Assembly (NCBI GenBank): GCA_963737905.1
Contig: CAVTUQ010000001.1
Coordinates: 64,001 to 128,000, forward strand
Source of the DNA: an uncultured delta proteobacterium
Lineage (GTDB): Bacteria > Desulfobacterota > Binatia > UBA9968
Direction of reading: 5' to 3'
Length of the DNA: 64,000 nt
Positions 42,821 through 52,875 of the stretch are shown here, piece after piece. The translations under genes were made by a program, and so were the position numbers. The first letter of the stretch is position 1; every line of letters begins with the position of its first letter. The notes under the pieces are model-generated. The model was not told where the DNA came from and searched no databases. It saw only the letters and a list, made by a program, of their open reading frames with translations.

Positions 42821-43801
42821 CTATCTCTGTGCGCGCTGGTTTCGTTTGGTGCCGAGCTCATCAAGAATCGACAAGTCCACAACCCTATTGGCACTGATCG
42901 ATCCGAGTTTTTTGTCCACGTAGGCCGACATCCGGATCAGATTCTTAACCGCCTCATCGGGTGGGTAAAGTGTGGCATCCGAGTTGGAGTGCAGGTACTG
43001 GTAGGCGAAATCCACTACGTCAGCGTCATGGCTATTCAACAATTTAGTCAACGGACCTATGGTGCCTTCCCTATTGTCGACGAGATAGCGCGTCGCGTCG
43101 GAAAAGGCTTTGACAAATTTCTTCACGGTTGATCTTTGGCCGGCGAGATAGGAACGTTTGGCGGCGATCGGCGCATTCATGAACGGAGTAGGTTTCCCGC
43201 GCAATACAAAAAATCCCCTTTTCACCATGATGGGTTCGAGTAGCGCGTCGGCGAGAGTGGCATCGATCCCACCTCGCATCAAGGCCGACACCCTCTCCTG
43301 GGAGCCGCCACCCATCTGCAGCAACGTAAGGTCCTTGACCGGGTCGAGTCCGGCGTCCTGCAACAGAACATGAATGATCAGCCAAGGCTTGCTTCCTGCG
43401 CGGTTGACCCCGACCTTTTTTCCCCGTAGCTCGCGGATATCGGTGATTTTTTCCCGCGTCACCCAGACATAGGGCACGAGGTTGTCCCAGCTGCCAAGGG
43501 CGACAACGTCCGCGCCTTGTGCATGGCTGGGTAGCAGTCCCGTGGGCGCGCCCACGGCCGCATGAACATCCCCGGAAATCAGGGCCTGGTAAGTCGTGGG
43601 CGCGCTGTTGATCCTGACCGGCTCGACGATCAAGCCCTCCTTCTGAAAAAACCCCCTGTCATTACCCACGAGCACGGGGAAGGCCGCCGTCGGAAATAAC
43701 GGGATCGCAACACGCATCGTCTCTTGCGCCGGCACACTTCCCGCTGTGAGTCCTAGAATTAGGAGCAAAATTATCGAGCGAAGCAAAGGTGCAATCTTCA
43801 T
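42821..43801 (-). CDS. NitT/TauT-family ABC substrate-binding protein
   Basis: Signal peptide; GFFQKEGL and LRGKKVGV. Confidence 0.9.
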   Translation of the reverse strand: MKIAPLLRSIILLLILGLTAGSVPAQETMRVAIPLFPTAAFPVLVGNDRGFFQKEGLIVEPVRINSAPTTYQALISGDVHAAVGAPTGLLPSHAQGADVVALGSWDNLVPYVWVTREKITDIRELRGKKVGVNRAGSKPWLIIHVLLQDAGLDPVKDLTLLQMGGGSQERVSALMRGGIDATLADALLEPIMVKRGFFVLRGKPTPFMNAPIAAKRSYLAGQRSTVKKFVKAFSDATRYLVDNREGTIGPLTKLLNSHDADVVDFAYQYLHSNSDATLYPPDEAVKNLIRMSAYVDKKLGSISANRVVDLSILDELGTKRNQRAQR

Positions 43802-44060
43802 ATCTGCCCCCGTCTGATGCGACCGGCCTCGGCAAGGATGAGGATCCCGGCGCACAAGGCAATATTCTTTCATCAGCTAGTCCTTGTTTTGCAGATAAGA
43901 GGGCCCCGAGTCAATCCACCCAGATACTTTGCGCCAGGCAACATCAACACTCAACTTGAGACTGACCGCTAACTCCTGTACTACAGATGACCACGGGTGT
44001 GGCCGTTGCCGGTAAAATGAAGAACGCCGCTCGGATAGCTAAGGGGATTTGCAACAAGAG

Positions 44061-45527
44061 ATGAAAGAAATCCACTTTGTCGATACCACCTTGCGCGACG
44101 GCCAGCTAAGCCTTTGGGCATCCAATATGACCACCGGTATGATGCTGCCTATCGTCGAAAATATCGATCGCGCCGGCTTCGAGGGCATGGAGCTCTTGTC
44201 TTCCGCATTCTTCAAAAAATGCGTGCGGGACTTAAAAGACGATCTCTGGGAGCGCGCGCGATTGGTTGCCAGACGTGTCAAGCATACGCCGCTTAGATCG
44301 ATTCGCAGCCGCTCGATGCTGGCTTTCCAAATAACTCCCCCGGCGATTACCGATCTATGGTTAGAACGATTGGCGGCTAACGGAATCACCGAGCTCCGCA
44401 CTTCGGATCCTTCAAATACGCCGAAATACTGGGCCGAAGCCATCCGAACGGCTAACCGTGTGGGGCTGAAGACCATTCTCAACATTATTTATTCTATTTC
44501 GCCCAAGCACAGCGATGACTATTTTGCCTATCGGTTCCGCGAAGCCGCAAAAATGAAACCCTACCGTTTGTGCTTTAAAGATCCCGGCGGACTCCTCACT
44601 CCCGACGCGACCCGGCGGCTGGTACCGATTCTTTTGCGCGAAGCCAACGAAACCCCTGTGGAGTTTCACACCCATTGCAACACGGGCCTGGGCGCTCTGT
44701 GTTGCCTGGAAGCCATCAAGCTCGGAATCACCTCGATCAATACGGCCATCCCGCCGTTGGCCGATGGCTCCTCGAACCCTTCGGTATTCAACGTCGCCAT
44801 GAACGCCCGTGCTCTGGGCTATGATCCAGTCATCGATGAAGAAGCGATCAAGCCCGTGCGCGATCACTTTACCGCCATCGCAAAGCAAGAAACGTTGCCT
44901 ATTGGCAAGCCTCTGGAATACGATGCCTTGCATCCGATGCATCAGGTTCCCGGCGGCATGATTTCCAATTTCCGGTTTCAGCTCTCAAACCTGGGCAAAT
45001 TGGAAAAACTTCCCGAGGTTCTCGAAGAAGTCACACGTGTCCGCACCGAATTTGGCTACCCCATTATGGTGACACCCTATTCGCAGTTCTTCGGCGTTCA
45101 AGCCGCCGTGAATGTCATGGTGGGCGAGCGCTACAAGGAAGTCACCGACGAAGTTCTTTTGTACGCCCTCGGTTTATGGGGCGAGGAGGAAGCGGAGTCC
45201 ATCGAGCCGAATTTAAGAGATAAGCTTCTCCATCGTCCCAGAGCTAAAGAGCTGAGCAAGCTCAAGGCGCCGGAGATGACGCTCAAAGAGTTTAGAGAGA
45301 AGTTCGGCGGAGCCGGGGTGTCCGATGATGATGCGATTCTGCGCTATTTCGCCGGCGAAGAATATGTCGCCGCGATGAAAGCCGCGGGCCCACCCAGGGA
45401 ATACGCGAGCGGCAAAAGTCCCCTGTTGATGTTGATCGAGCAGGCAACGCAGCAAAAGCATTCACGGCAGATCTACATCCGACAAGGAAACTTGACGGTT
45501 CGCCTGGAAAAGAGAAAAGGCGGGTAA
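44061..45527 (+). CDS. Pyruvate/oxaloacetate carboxyltransferase (PycB/OadA-like) without biotinyl domain
   Basis: DTTLRDG, KDPGG, HTH, HQVPGGMISN, GYPIMVTPYSQ; no AMKM biotin motif. Confidence 0.9.
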   Translation: MKEIHFVDTTLRDGQLSLWASNMTTGMMLPIVENIDRAGFEGMELLSSAFFKKCVRDLKDDLWERARLVARRVKHTPLRSIRSRSMLAFQITPPAITDLWLERLAANGITELRTSDPSNTPKYWAEAIRTANRVGLKTILNIIYSISPKHSDDYFAYRFREAAKMKPYRLCFKDPGGLLTPDATRRLVPILLREANETPVEFHTHCNTGLGALCCLEAIKLGITSINTAIPPLADGSSNPSVFNVAMNARALGYDPVIDEEAIKPVRDHFTAIAKQETLPIGKPLEYDALHPMHQVPGGMISNFRFQLSNLGKLEKLPEVLEEVTRVRTEFGYPIMVTPYSQFFGVQAAVNVMVGERYKEVTDEVLLYALGLWGEEEAESIEPNLRDKLLHRPRAKELSKLKAPEMTLKEFREKFGGAGVSDDDAILRYFAGEEYVAAMKAAGPPREYASGKSPLLMLIEQATQQKHSRQIYIRQGNLTVRLEKRKGG

Positions 45528-45586
45528 CTTTACAAACCCTGAGTTCTGACGGATGCGTGAACTATTTTTTCTGCTGAACGGAACGG

Positions 45587-46298
45587 CTACGATGCTTTCT
45601 CCATCGCTTGCGCCATGCCGCCGAAATAGGCGCGATGGATGTCCATCGATTCCTTCGCGGTTGCGAGAACATCCTGCTCCCGTCCCGGCACCGCATATTT
45701 TTCCAGAACATCGATGAACATCTCGGAATGTTTCACGTCGGCCTTGCTATGGACCGTAAAGTTCGGCATCTGCGCGGCGCTGAAATTTAGATCCTGCGAC
45801 CAAATCTTGTAGAGCCGGCTGCAATTTCCTCCGCCCATATCGCCCAACAGCCGGTCGTCATTGGTCCACTCCGCGATGGTCGACGCCGCGATGGCTTCCT
45901 GCCACGGACGCGTGGCGCGCGATCCAGAACCACGCGTAGGTTGCCGCCTTGGTCGTGGGCAACGGCTCGGCGTTCATGACATCATCGACGCTCAACCCAA
46001 CTTCTTTTCCTTGACGAGCAATGAGATCCATATGGCCGGTCTTTGAATGCTCGTCTTCAACGAGCTCCTCATACTCGTGCGACATGATGCGTTGCTTCAC
46101 GTCGAACTCCGGACAATTGGCCGCCACCTGCGGCCAATTGTTGCGCCGCTGGCGAGCATAAAGGCCCAGCTGCAAAAGATAGATTTGCGCGCGCGCCCGA
46201 GTCAGTTTGACCGAGTAAAAATGCTCCATCTCCGGCGTGCGGAAGAAATCCCGCACACAATCACCGAGCGCCTGCCGCCATTCCTGTGCTTTCATCAA
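45587..46298 (-). CDS. Heme-oxygenase-like/iron-containing redox enzyme (PqqC/CADD-like); frameshift near 45915
   Basis: EEL..H and VHSKADVKH metal ligands; two ORFs rejoin as WIARTRPWQEAIAA after removing one base. Confidence 0.8.
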
Positions 46299-46366
46299 AC
46301 TACCTCCTAGAGACGATAGAAGACTTAAGAAAGCTGTTTTGCATTTGCCGATCCCTCATTATGTTC

Positions 46367-47257
46367 TCACTCCAACGTGATCGTCTGCAAAAACTCCGGG
46401 ATGATTACCCTGATGTTGCGATCTACGGATTTGACCTCCCGCTCCAAGCGCTGCGCTCTTCTTCTAACTGCTGCTGTCATTCCACTGGAAAGCGGCACGC
46501 GCCAATCGTCGTAGTGATGGACGATGACGGTCTTGGGTCGAAGAATCTTGATGGCCTCGGTCCAATCGTGATTGCTGTTCTCGGCGAGTATCGCGACATC
46601 GGGCTGTAATCCGTGGAGATTCTCTGCGATGAAGTTGCCGGTGCTTTGGTCCAGCAGACGGAGTTTGCCGAACGTAAAATAATAGAGGTAACTTCCACCC
46701 TCGACGAAGTGTTTTCCGAGAATCGGGCCTGACAGCGGGCTGGTGATTTCCGTTGCCTTGGGTTGCCGTCTTTCACCGCCCCGCTTCAGTACGCCGTGCT
46801 GGCTTTCGATAACCTGCACCGAGAAGTCTTTGAAATCCAATTTCTCACCGCCGCTGATCGCCGTCAATTGGGCTTTGTCTACGCCCGCGCTCAAAGAGAG
46901 ATTGATCGTGGTTCTGGAGCCGATGACCTTGGCCCCGAAGCGCCTGGCGATGAATGGGATGTCAGCGATATGGTCGGCGTGGCTGTGGCCCGCGAATATA
47001 TAGTCGGCACCGCCGATAACGTTCAGGACAGCCTCTTCGTCAGTTTTCCATTCTTCTCCCGCAACCGCCTGCTTACGCGTCAAAAAGGGATCGATCAAGA
47101 TCTTGGTCTGAGCGAACTGAATTTCCCACCCGGCGGTGCCGAGCCACTTCAGGGTGACTCGCTGTGTTTGCGGCAAAGGAGTTTCCGACTCGGCGGCTTG
47201 CACAGGTCGGACAGCGATCGAAGCCACGATGAGACTGACCATCAAGACAATCTTCAT
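46367..47257 (-). CDS. MBL-fold metallo-hydrolase, secreted
   Basis: WLGTAG, IDPF, HSHADH. Confidence 0.92.
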   Translation of the reverse strand: MKIVLMVSLIVASIAVRPVQAAESETPLPQTQRVTLKWLGTAGWEIQFAQTKILIDPFLTRKQAVAGEEWKTDEEAVLNVIGGADYIFAGHSHADHIADIPFIARRFGAKVIGSRTTINLSLSAGVDKAQLTAISGGEKLDFKDFSVQVIESQHGVLKRGGERRQPKATEITSPLSGPILGKHFVEGGSYLYYFTFGKLRLLDQSTGNFIAENLHGLQPDVAILAENSNHDWTEAIKILRPKTVIVHHYDDWRVPLSSGMTAAVRRRAQRLEREVKSVDRNIRVIIPEFLQTITLE

Positions 47258-47315
47258 GATGATCCTCCCGCCTGTGAAGATTCACGGTCTTTCTCTTAGC
47301 TTAATCCTGCCGCGG

Positions 47316-48830
47316 TCAGGATTTAATTTTCATTTCTGCCGCGAGAATTTTATTGTCAGGAGTGCCTTTCCAGATAACATTTCTGGCCAACCCGTAAAGC
47401 TCTGCCAAGGTATAAAGCGGCGCGAAGGGAACGTCCTCCATGAGGATGCGTCCCGCCTGGTGCAGTATGGCAACGCGTTTTTTGTGATCACCGATTTTTT
47501 GCTCTTCTTCGATGAGTTTGTCGAATTCCGTATTGCTGTAAAGGATCCGCTTCGATGAGCCGGTGCGGAAGTATTGATCGAAATAGGTATCGGCGTCGCT
47601 GCCGTTACTGCCGGCGTAGTAAAACGGTAGCTTGCCTCCATTGACGCCTTCTTTTCCCCAATAGACCGCGTATTCCTGCCCGACAGGCTCGACTTTGATA
47701 CCGACCTTCGCCAGTTGATTGGCAATCACTTCGCAAGCCTCTCTTCCTTTGAGATGCCGATCAGGAGAAAAATAGAGCTTGGTCTCAAAACCATTTGGAT
47801 AACCCGCTTTGCCGAGCAGCTCCCGAGACTTTTTAAGATCGTAGGGATAACGCTTGATGTTGGGGTCATAGCCCACCCAGTTGGTGCCCAATGGACCGTC
47901 GACGACGGCGCCGTTGCCGTCATAGATGTGCTTGAGCAGTACGTAGGGATCCAGCGCGTAATTGATCGCCTGGCGCACGAGCTTGTTGTCGAAGGGTTTA
48001 AAGGTAACGTTCATCCCCAAGAAATACATCCGAAATCCCACCACCTTTTCCACCCGGTTACGCGGATGCTTTCTGACGCGCTCGATGTCTTCAATCGGAA
48101 GGTTGCTGATAACGTCCGCTTGACCTGCCAGCAACCCCGCGACGCGGGCCGCTTCCTCCTTCACTCCTTTAAGAATCACTTCCTTGATCTCCGCTTTGGT
48201 TCCCCAATAATCGTCATTGCGGGCTAGCACCAAATTACCGCCCCGTTGCCAGCTGACGAACTTATAGGGACCGGTGCCGATGGTCTGGTTGTCGAGTGGG
48301 TCGCCGGCGTCCTTGCTGATGATGAAACGGGTGTCGAGTCGGGCCAGAAGAAGGGCATTGGGATTCTTTGTCGTGAGCACGACCGTATGATCGTCCGGGG
48401 TTTCGACCTCGACGTTGTCGACGTACGATCCCTGCATGCTTCGTTTGTCGTTTTTCAATCGGTCGATGGAAAAGGCCACATCCTTCGACGTAAACGGTGA
48501 GCCGTTATGAAAGCGGATACCTTTTCTCAAGTGAAAAACCCACTTCCTTCCCTGAAATTCCCAGGACTCGGCCAGCACACCGATGTATTCGTTCCGTCCG
48601 TAGTCCATCTGGATGAGGGGCTCTATGAGATGGCGCCAAATGCCGGTGATGCCGCCGCCGCTATACCCGTAGGGATGCAACGAATCGAGGCTGACTCCTT
48701 GATAGATCACCACCCGATCATTCGAGGCTGCCCAACCCATCCGAGTCACGGAAGGCCCAATGAGACTTCCTAAGCCTATCGTGGCGCTTTGACGCAAGAA
48801 CTGCCGTCGATTGAATGTCTTCCCGCGCAT
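47316..48830 (-). CDS. ABC peptide/nickel substrate-binding protein (family 5), Tat-exported
   Basis: NRRQFL twin-arginine signal; LRKGIRFHNG, IGTGPYK. Confidence 0.94.
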   Translation of the reverse strand: MRGKTFNRRQFLRQSATIGLGSLIGPSVTRMGWAASNDRVVIYQGVSLDSLHPYGYSGGGITGIWRHLIEPLIQMDYGRNEYIGVLAESWEFQGRKWVFHLRKGIRFHNGSPFTSKDVAFSIDRLKNDKRSMQGSYVDNVEVETPDDHTVVLTTKNPNALLLARLDTRFIISKDAGDPLDNQTIGTGPYKFVSWQRGGNLVLARNDDYWGTKAEIKEVILKGVKEEAARVAGLLAGQADVISNLPIEDIERVRKHPRNRVEKVVGFRMYFLGMNVTFKPFDNKLVRQAINYALDPYVLLKHIYDGNGAVVDGPLGTNWVGYDPNIKRYPYDLKKSRELLGKAGYPNGFETKLYFSPDRHLKGREACEVIANQLAKVGIKVEPVGQEYAVYWGKEGVNGGKLPFYYAGSNGSDADTYFDQYFRTGSSKRILYSNTEFDKLIEEEQKIGDHKKRVAILHQAGRILMEDVPFAPLYTLAELYGLARNVIWKGTPDNKILAAEMKIKS

Positions 48831-49120
48831 GGGACCTCCTGGGTCAGGGAACGGAGCGCTCGCCAAGAGTGCTTTTCTGGATTTTTTCCCGTAGTAGATG
48901 ATCGGACTTTACCTGAGCCAGTTATATTAACCAACTTCAGGCGGTGTCAACAAAATGTATGGTTCACCAATCCTGCTGTTAACGAACGGGTGGGGCCGAA
49001 AAATCCCCAGCCCAGGTGATCGATCGGGAGCCTTCCTGATCGTCTCAAGTTGTTAAGGTTCGTCAGGTGTATTACCTCGGAAGTGAGGCGTTAGGGGACG
49101 TGTTTGACCGTGTATTTGGG

Positions 49121-49615
49121 CTATTGTTTCTGGGATTTCGCCTGCAGCATTGCTCGGCGTTCGAGACTTTCCCTGGGCCACAGCTCGGATGACTTGTAGT
49201 ACTGGGCCACAGCAGGCATGTCATGCGGAATGACGACCCAAGGCTGCTTTGACTCGGTGTAGATGTGAATGTCGGGTGGAAGGCGGTCCGGTTCATCCAG
49301 GGAGCCGACACGGATGAATCGGATAGCATCGCCTGCGCCAGCGTAGTTGCTCCAAACCGCAACGCGACATCTGGGGCAGCGGGAGATCTTCTGACCTTTG
49401 CCACTGTTCGATGGTGTGGTGATGACTTCAACCTCTCCCTCGAGTAACTGGACACGGTCGGCTTCGATGAGCGCGTTCAGGGCAAACGAGGCACCGGTTT
49501 CGCGCTGGCACCAGCGGCAGTGACAGCAGTGAACGAATAGCGGCTTCGTCGTCATCCGATAGCGCACGAAGCGGCATGTGCAACTGCCGTCTAAGAACTT
49601 GAATTCTGTGCTCAT
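49121..49615 (-). CDS. GFA/CENP-V family protein
   Basis: GSCTC, CCHCRWCQ, CPRC zinc motifs. Confidence 0.92.
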   Translation of the reverse strand: MSTEFKFLDGSCTCRFVRYRMTTKPLFVHCCHCRWCQRETGASFALNALIEADRVQLLEGEVEVITTPSNSGKGQKISRCPRCRVAVWSNYAGAGDAIRFIRVGSLDEPDRLPPDIHIYTESKQPWVVIPHDMPAVAQYYKSSELWPRESLERRAMLQAKSQKQ

Positions 49616-49726
49616 GGCGCGATGACCGCTAAAGACCGCTCAGGATGGCGGCCTATCTCTGTAACAGTCTATTTCTTGCACCACATCAGAGTCAATCCAT
49701 TTCACTAAGACTCACCGAAAGGATTG

Positions 49727-49938
49727 AGCGGAGTCTGCGCAGACAACTATCGTTAAGCGAAGCGTGAATGGACTAGGAAAGAGACCAGAATCCAGCCTAC
49801 CCTCACGACTGACCCCGAGCTTCGTTTGCTCGGTAGATTGGGCATATCACAGAATCATCTTAAGGATACACGGGGAAGCAAAGTTTCGAGATCGCGCGGG
49901 CAGCATTCGACGAATTTGCCAACAAAAGATTTGACCCC
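49727..49938 (+). repeat. Composite non-coding repeat ending in a transposase C-terminal stub and TGACCCC
   Basis: Homologous to 56752-56924 and partly to 54240-54306; tail translates KFRDRAGSIRRICQQKI*. Confidence 0.8.
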
Positions 49939-49949
49939 TTTCGATTCTT

Positions 49950-50377
49950 GTGGAGCGTTACTACGTGGCGCAGCGACAGATTCCGATCCGCGGCAGCGAA
50001 AAGTTCATTGAGCGGCTAGGACGGCCAGAGGTGGCGGCGGTGGCTCGGGACCATGCGCGTTATGAACGGCGAGCGGTACAGGCGGGACCCGAGCGGGTTG
50101 TCAGCGAAGTGGTGCGGCAGTACCGAGTGAGCCGGGAAGCCATCTTTGGGGGGAAGCGGGGGCAAGAGAACGAGGCGCGCAAAAGTGGCGATGTATCTGG
50201 TGAAGCGGTATTGCGACCGGACGTTGCCTGAGATGGCGAAAGACTTCGGGGTTGGCAGTAACTCTACAGTGAGCTGGAGTTACCGCGGGATAGAAGCCAG
50301 GATGGTCAAGGAAAAAAAGCTCAGAGATCGCATCGAGAAGATCGTTGCCAGTATTAATCAACTCCATACTTGACCCC
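49950..50377 (+). pseudogene. C-terminal remnant of HuH/Y1 (TnpA-REP-like) transposase with DnaA-C-like HTH
   Basis: GSEKFIE...ENEARKVAMYLVKRYCDRTLPEMAKDFG..STVS; stop TGA lies within TGACCCC; N-terminal catalytic domain absent. Confidence 0.75.
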
Positions 50378-50502
50378 GTTGACTCTCCACGCAGACTTTA
50401 TGGGCTTTAGGGGTCAAGTGTAGAGTTGGATGTCGGTTCAGACAAGAAAATGCTGTCGAAAGCTGGTTTCACCGCAGCACGTGTGCGGCCCGCTTCCCGC
50501 CC

Positions 50503-51183
50503 TTATTGGAACGTGATCAGATCGGTCCGACTCAAGGTCGATGTTTTCTCCTTGAGGGGTTGGTTCGTCGGATTCGCGCTATTTTGATTCAATATCTGGT
50601 AAAGACCGATGACTTCCTCATAATCGTTGGGCCCCAGGCTCGCATCTAACGGGATCACGACCGTGTAGCCGCGCAACGTTGCTCCGACCGACGTGTAGAG
50701 TACCGACCCGCTGATCTTCCAGCCGGTGAGAATGAGCGTCGTAACGCCTTTTGCCTTAAGAATTTTGTCCAGGTCGGTATTGAAAAACCGGTCCTGCCCA
50801 TAGGACACAAAGGTCACGTCGCCCTTCGCGGGTGCGACTTCCGGCATCCATTTCGACATCGTCGGCTCTCGCGTCCCGTATCCCACAGTGATGCCAGCTT
50901 TGCGCGCGCGCGCCAACAACCCACTGATTGCGGGCACCATGGTTTTGAGGCAATTGGGCCTGGACGCGCAGATCGGTTCGACAACGTCAAATACCAGCAG
51001 CGCCGTGCTCTCAGGCTTCAGCGTCACCGGGACAGGGTCAGGGATCGGCGGCATCTGCAGTGTGATCATTGGCTTGGCGGCTCCGTTTCCAGGTGGCGCG
51101 GGCACAGCGCTTTGTGCAGTCGCTGATCCGGCATATGTCGCAAACGCGAGAAAAGTGACGAGGGCGAGGGTAAATGAACCCAT
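50503..51183 (-). CDS. Secreted isochorismatase-like protein lacking the catalytic Cys
   Basis: TALLVFD, DRFFNTDL, ILTGWKISGSV; signal peptide. Confidence 0.85.
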   Translation of the reverse strand: MGSFTLALVTFLAFATYAGSATAQSAVPAPPGNGAAKPMITLQMPPIPDPVPVTLKPESTALLVFDVVEPICASRPNCLKTMVPAISGLLARARKAGITVGYGTREPTMSKWMPEVAPAKGDVTFVSYGQDRFFNTDLDKILKAKGVTTLILTGWKISGSVLYTSVGATLRGYTVVIPLDASLGPNDYEEVIGLYQILNQNSANPTNQPLKEKTSTLSRTDLITFQ

Positions 51184-51342
51184 GAGGATGCTCCCGTTTT
51201 CTGGATAGGAATTATTAAACCACCTTTTTGAGTGGAGATATATCGCCAGAACGCCGAGCCCGTCAAGCGCAGCTGAGTTTAGTAAGAATTGCGGACTTCA
51301 TCCGAGGTCCAAACCCGATCAGGGTTTATTCTCTGCGGAAAA

Positions 51343-51430
51343 TGGCGAACCGAGCCCAGCTTTGCCACAACGTTGCCAGACTATATGCCACTATGTGTTC
51401 CAATCAGTACATTGATTCGTAGCGCATGCT
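51343..51430 (-). repeat. Orphan inverted copy of the Phe-att arm region
   Basis: CTTTGCCACAACGTTGCCAGACTATATGCCACTATGTGTTC is the near-exact reverse complement of 1734-1775. Confidence 0.8.
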
Positions 51431-52068
51431 CACAGCGGCGAAGGGAATGTGTGTTCTGGTCGAGTGATCAATTTTTTCTGTCCTGCCGACATTCAAAGCA
51501 ACTGCAAAGCAGAGAAAAATATTTGTTTTTATCGTGTCGTTAAAGCGGCACAGAGAATTGAGAATCCTCTGCTCTTTCCATTCGATTGCGTTTCAGGCGG
51601 AGGCTGTCTTGGGAATTCGGGATGTCCTGATCTGGTCGGGAAATTCGATGAGAAAATCAGGGAAACTCCGATTGTAGAACATCCGAAGCTATGACAATCA
51701 TCACCTTGAGCCAGGTACGTTTCATCGAAATACGCAAACAGATAAGTCGGGATGGCGGATCAAAACAAGCGAAAGGAGAACCAATGAATACCCGCCGCAG
51801 CGCCGTAGCGATCACAACAGTGTTGCGGGCACCGCCCGCAGTTGCTTTCCTTGCGTTTCCGTCGAGGGACATAAGATCACCTTGTTGGATAGTCTCTGGC
51901 CAAAGTGACGAATGGAGGCTGCTTTTCTGTGTCCGACTCGCTATCGCGCTGTTGACAGACTGGCTCGCAAGCAGCTGATGGAGCCGGTTTCAGTTATTCG
52001 TGTCGAGATCCACAAAGCAATTCCTATCATTACAAATTTGGTGCTCAACCTAACGTGGGAGGTAAGAA

Positions 52069-52426
52069 ATGCAGATCGTTAACGAATCAGATCGGGATGT
52101 GACCTGGTGGTGCTACAACTCTGACGACTGGGGGCCGAGAGCACACCTCGCCAGGGGGGAGGGGCGATCTGGCACAGGGAGGGAGGGCCTCATTTAACCC
52201 GCCGAGCAACGCCACGGGTTTGTACTACGTGGTGTTCACGAACAAAGGCGGCAGTCTGACCTACTCATGGTGGAGGCCCGGAAACGCTTCCACTTTGAAA
52301 CACAGCCCGAAGCTAGGTCGGGACCAAACGGTAACCTTGAGAGGATCGTCCAGATACCAGGTAGTAAACCCGGCGGGGTTTCCTATGACAGGGGAGGCAT
52401 TGTCTGACGGCTACCAACCAGGCTGA
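52069..52426 (+). pseudogene. Hypothetical small protein, tandem paralog 1 (extra G at 52130-52134)
   Basis: Same RBS/leader and MQIVNESD start as 52481; colinear after correcting one base. Confidence 0.75.
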
Positions 52427-52480
52427 TGCTCGGTACAAGGCAGCGCTCCGCTTCTTTCAACCAGACGTGGGAGGTAAGAA

Positions 52481-52786
52481 ATGCAGATCGTTAACGAATC
52501 AGATATGGCTGTGACCTGGTGGTGCTACAACTCCTACGACGGAGACCGAGAGTACACCTTATTCGGAGGGAAGGGCGATCTGGCACCGGGAGGGAGGGCC
52601 TCGTTTAACCCGCCGAGCAATGAAACTGGTCGCTACTACGTGCAATTCACGCTGAAAGACGGTCATCTTCCTTACTCTTGGTGGAAGGCCGCAAACCAAT
52701 GGACTTACGCACGCTGCCCAAACGTACGTGGGGACGAAACGCTGATCTATAGAGGATCGACCAGTTTCGAAGCGATAGTCACATAG
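52481..52786 (+). CDS. Hypothetical small aromatic-rich protein, tandem paralog 2
   Basis: RBS GGAGGT; 101 aa; codon-level homology with the upstream copy. Confidence 0.8.
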   Translation: MQIVNESDMAVTWWCYNSYDGDREYTLFGGKGDLAPGGRASFNPPSNETGRYYVQFTLKDGHLPYSWWKAANQWTYARCPNVRGDETLIYRGSTSFEAIVT

Positions 52787-52875
52787 ACTCCGTGCGGCGA
52801 TATACCTCCGCTCAGAAAAGTTGATTAAAAATTCTATCCATCTGTTGTCGAAATGAACCGCGAGAGGAATTCATC

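Noticed and set aside
44061-45527. Carboxyltransferase lacking a biotin domain as a novelty
   Set aside because: Stand-alone OadA/PycB-like subunits with separate carrier proteins are known; partners may lie elsewhere
52069-52786. Diversity-generating retroelement TR/VR pair
   Set aside because: Differences are not adenine-specific, both copies have their own RBS, and no reverse transcriptase is in the window
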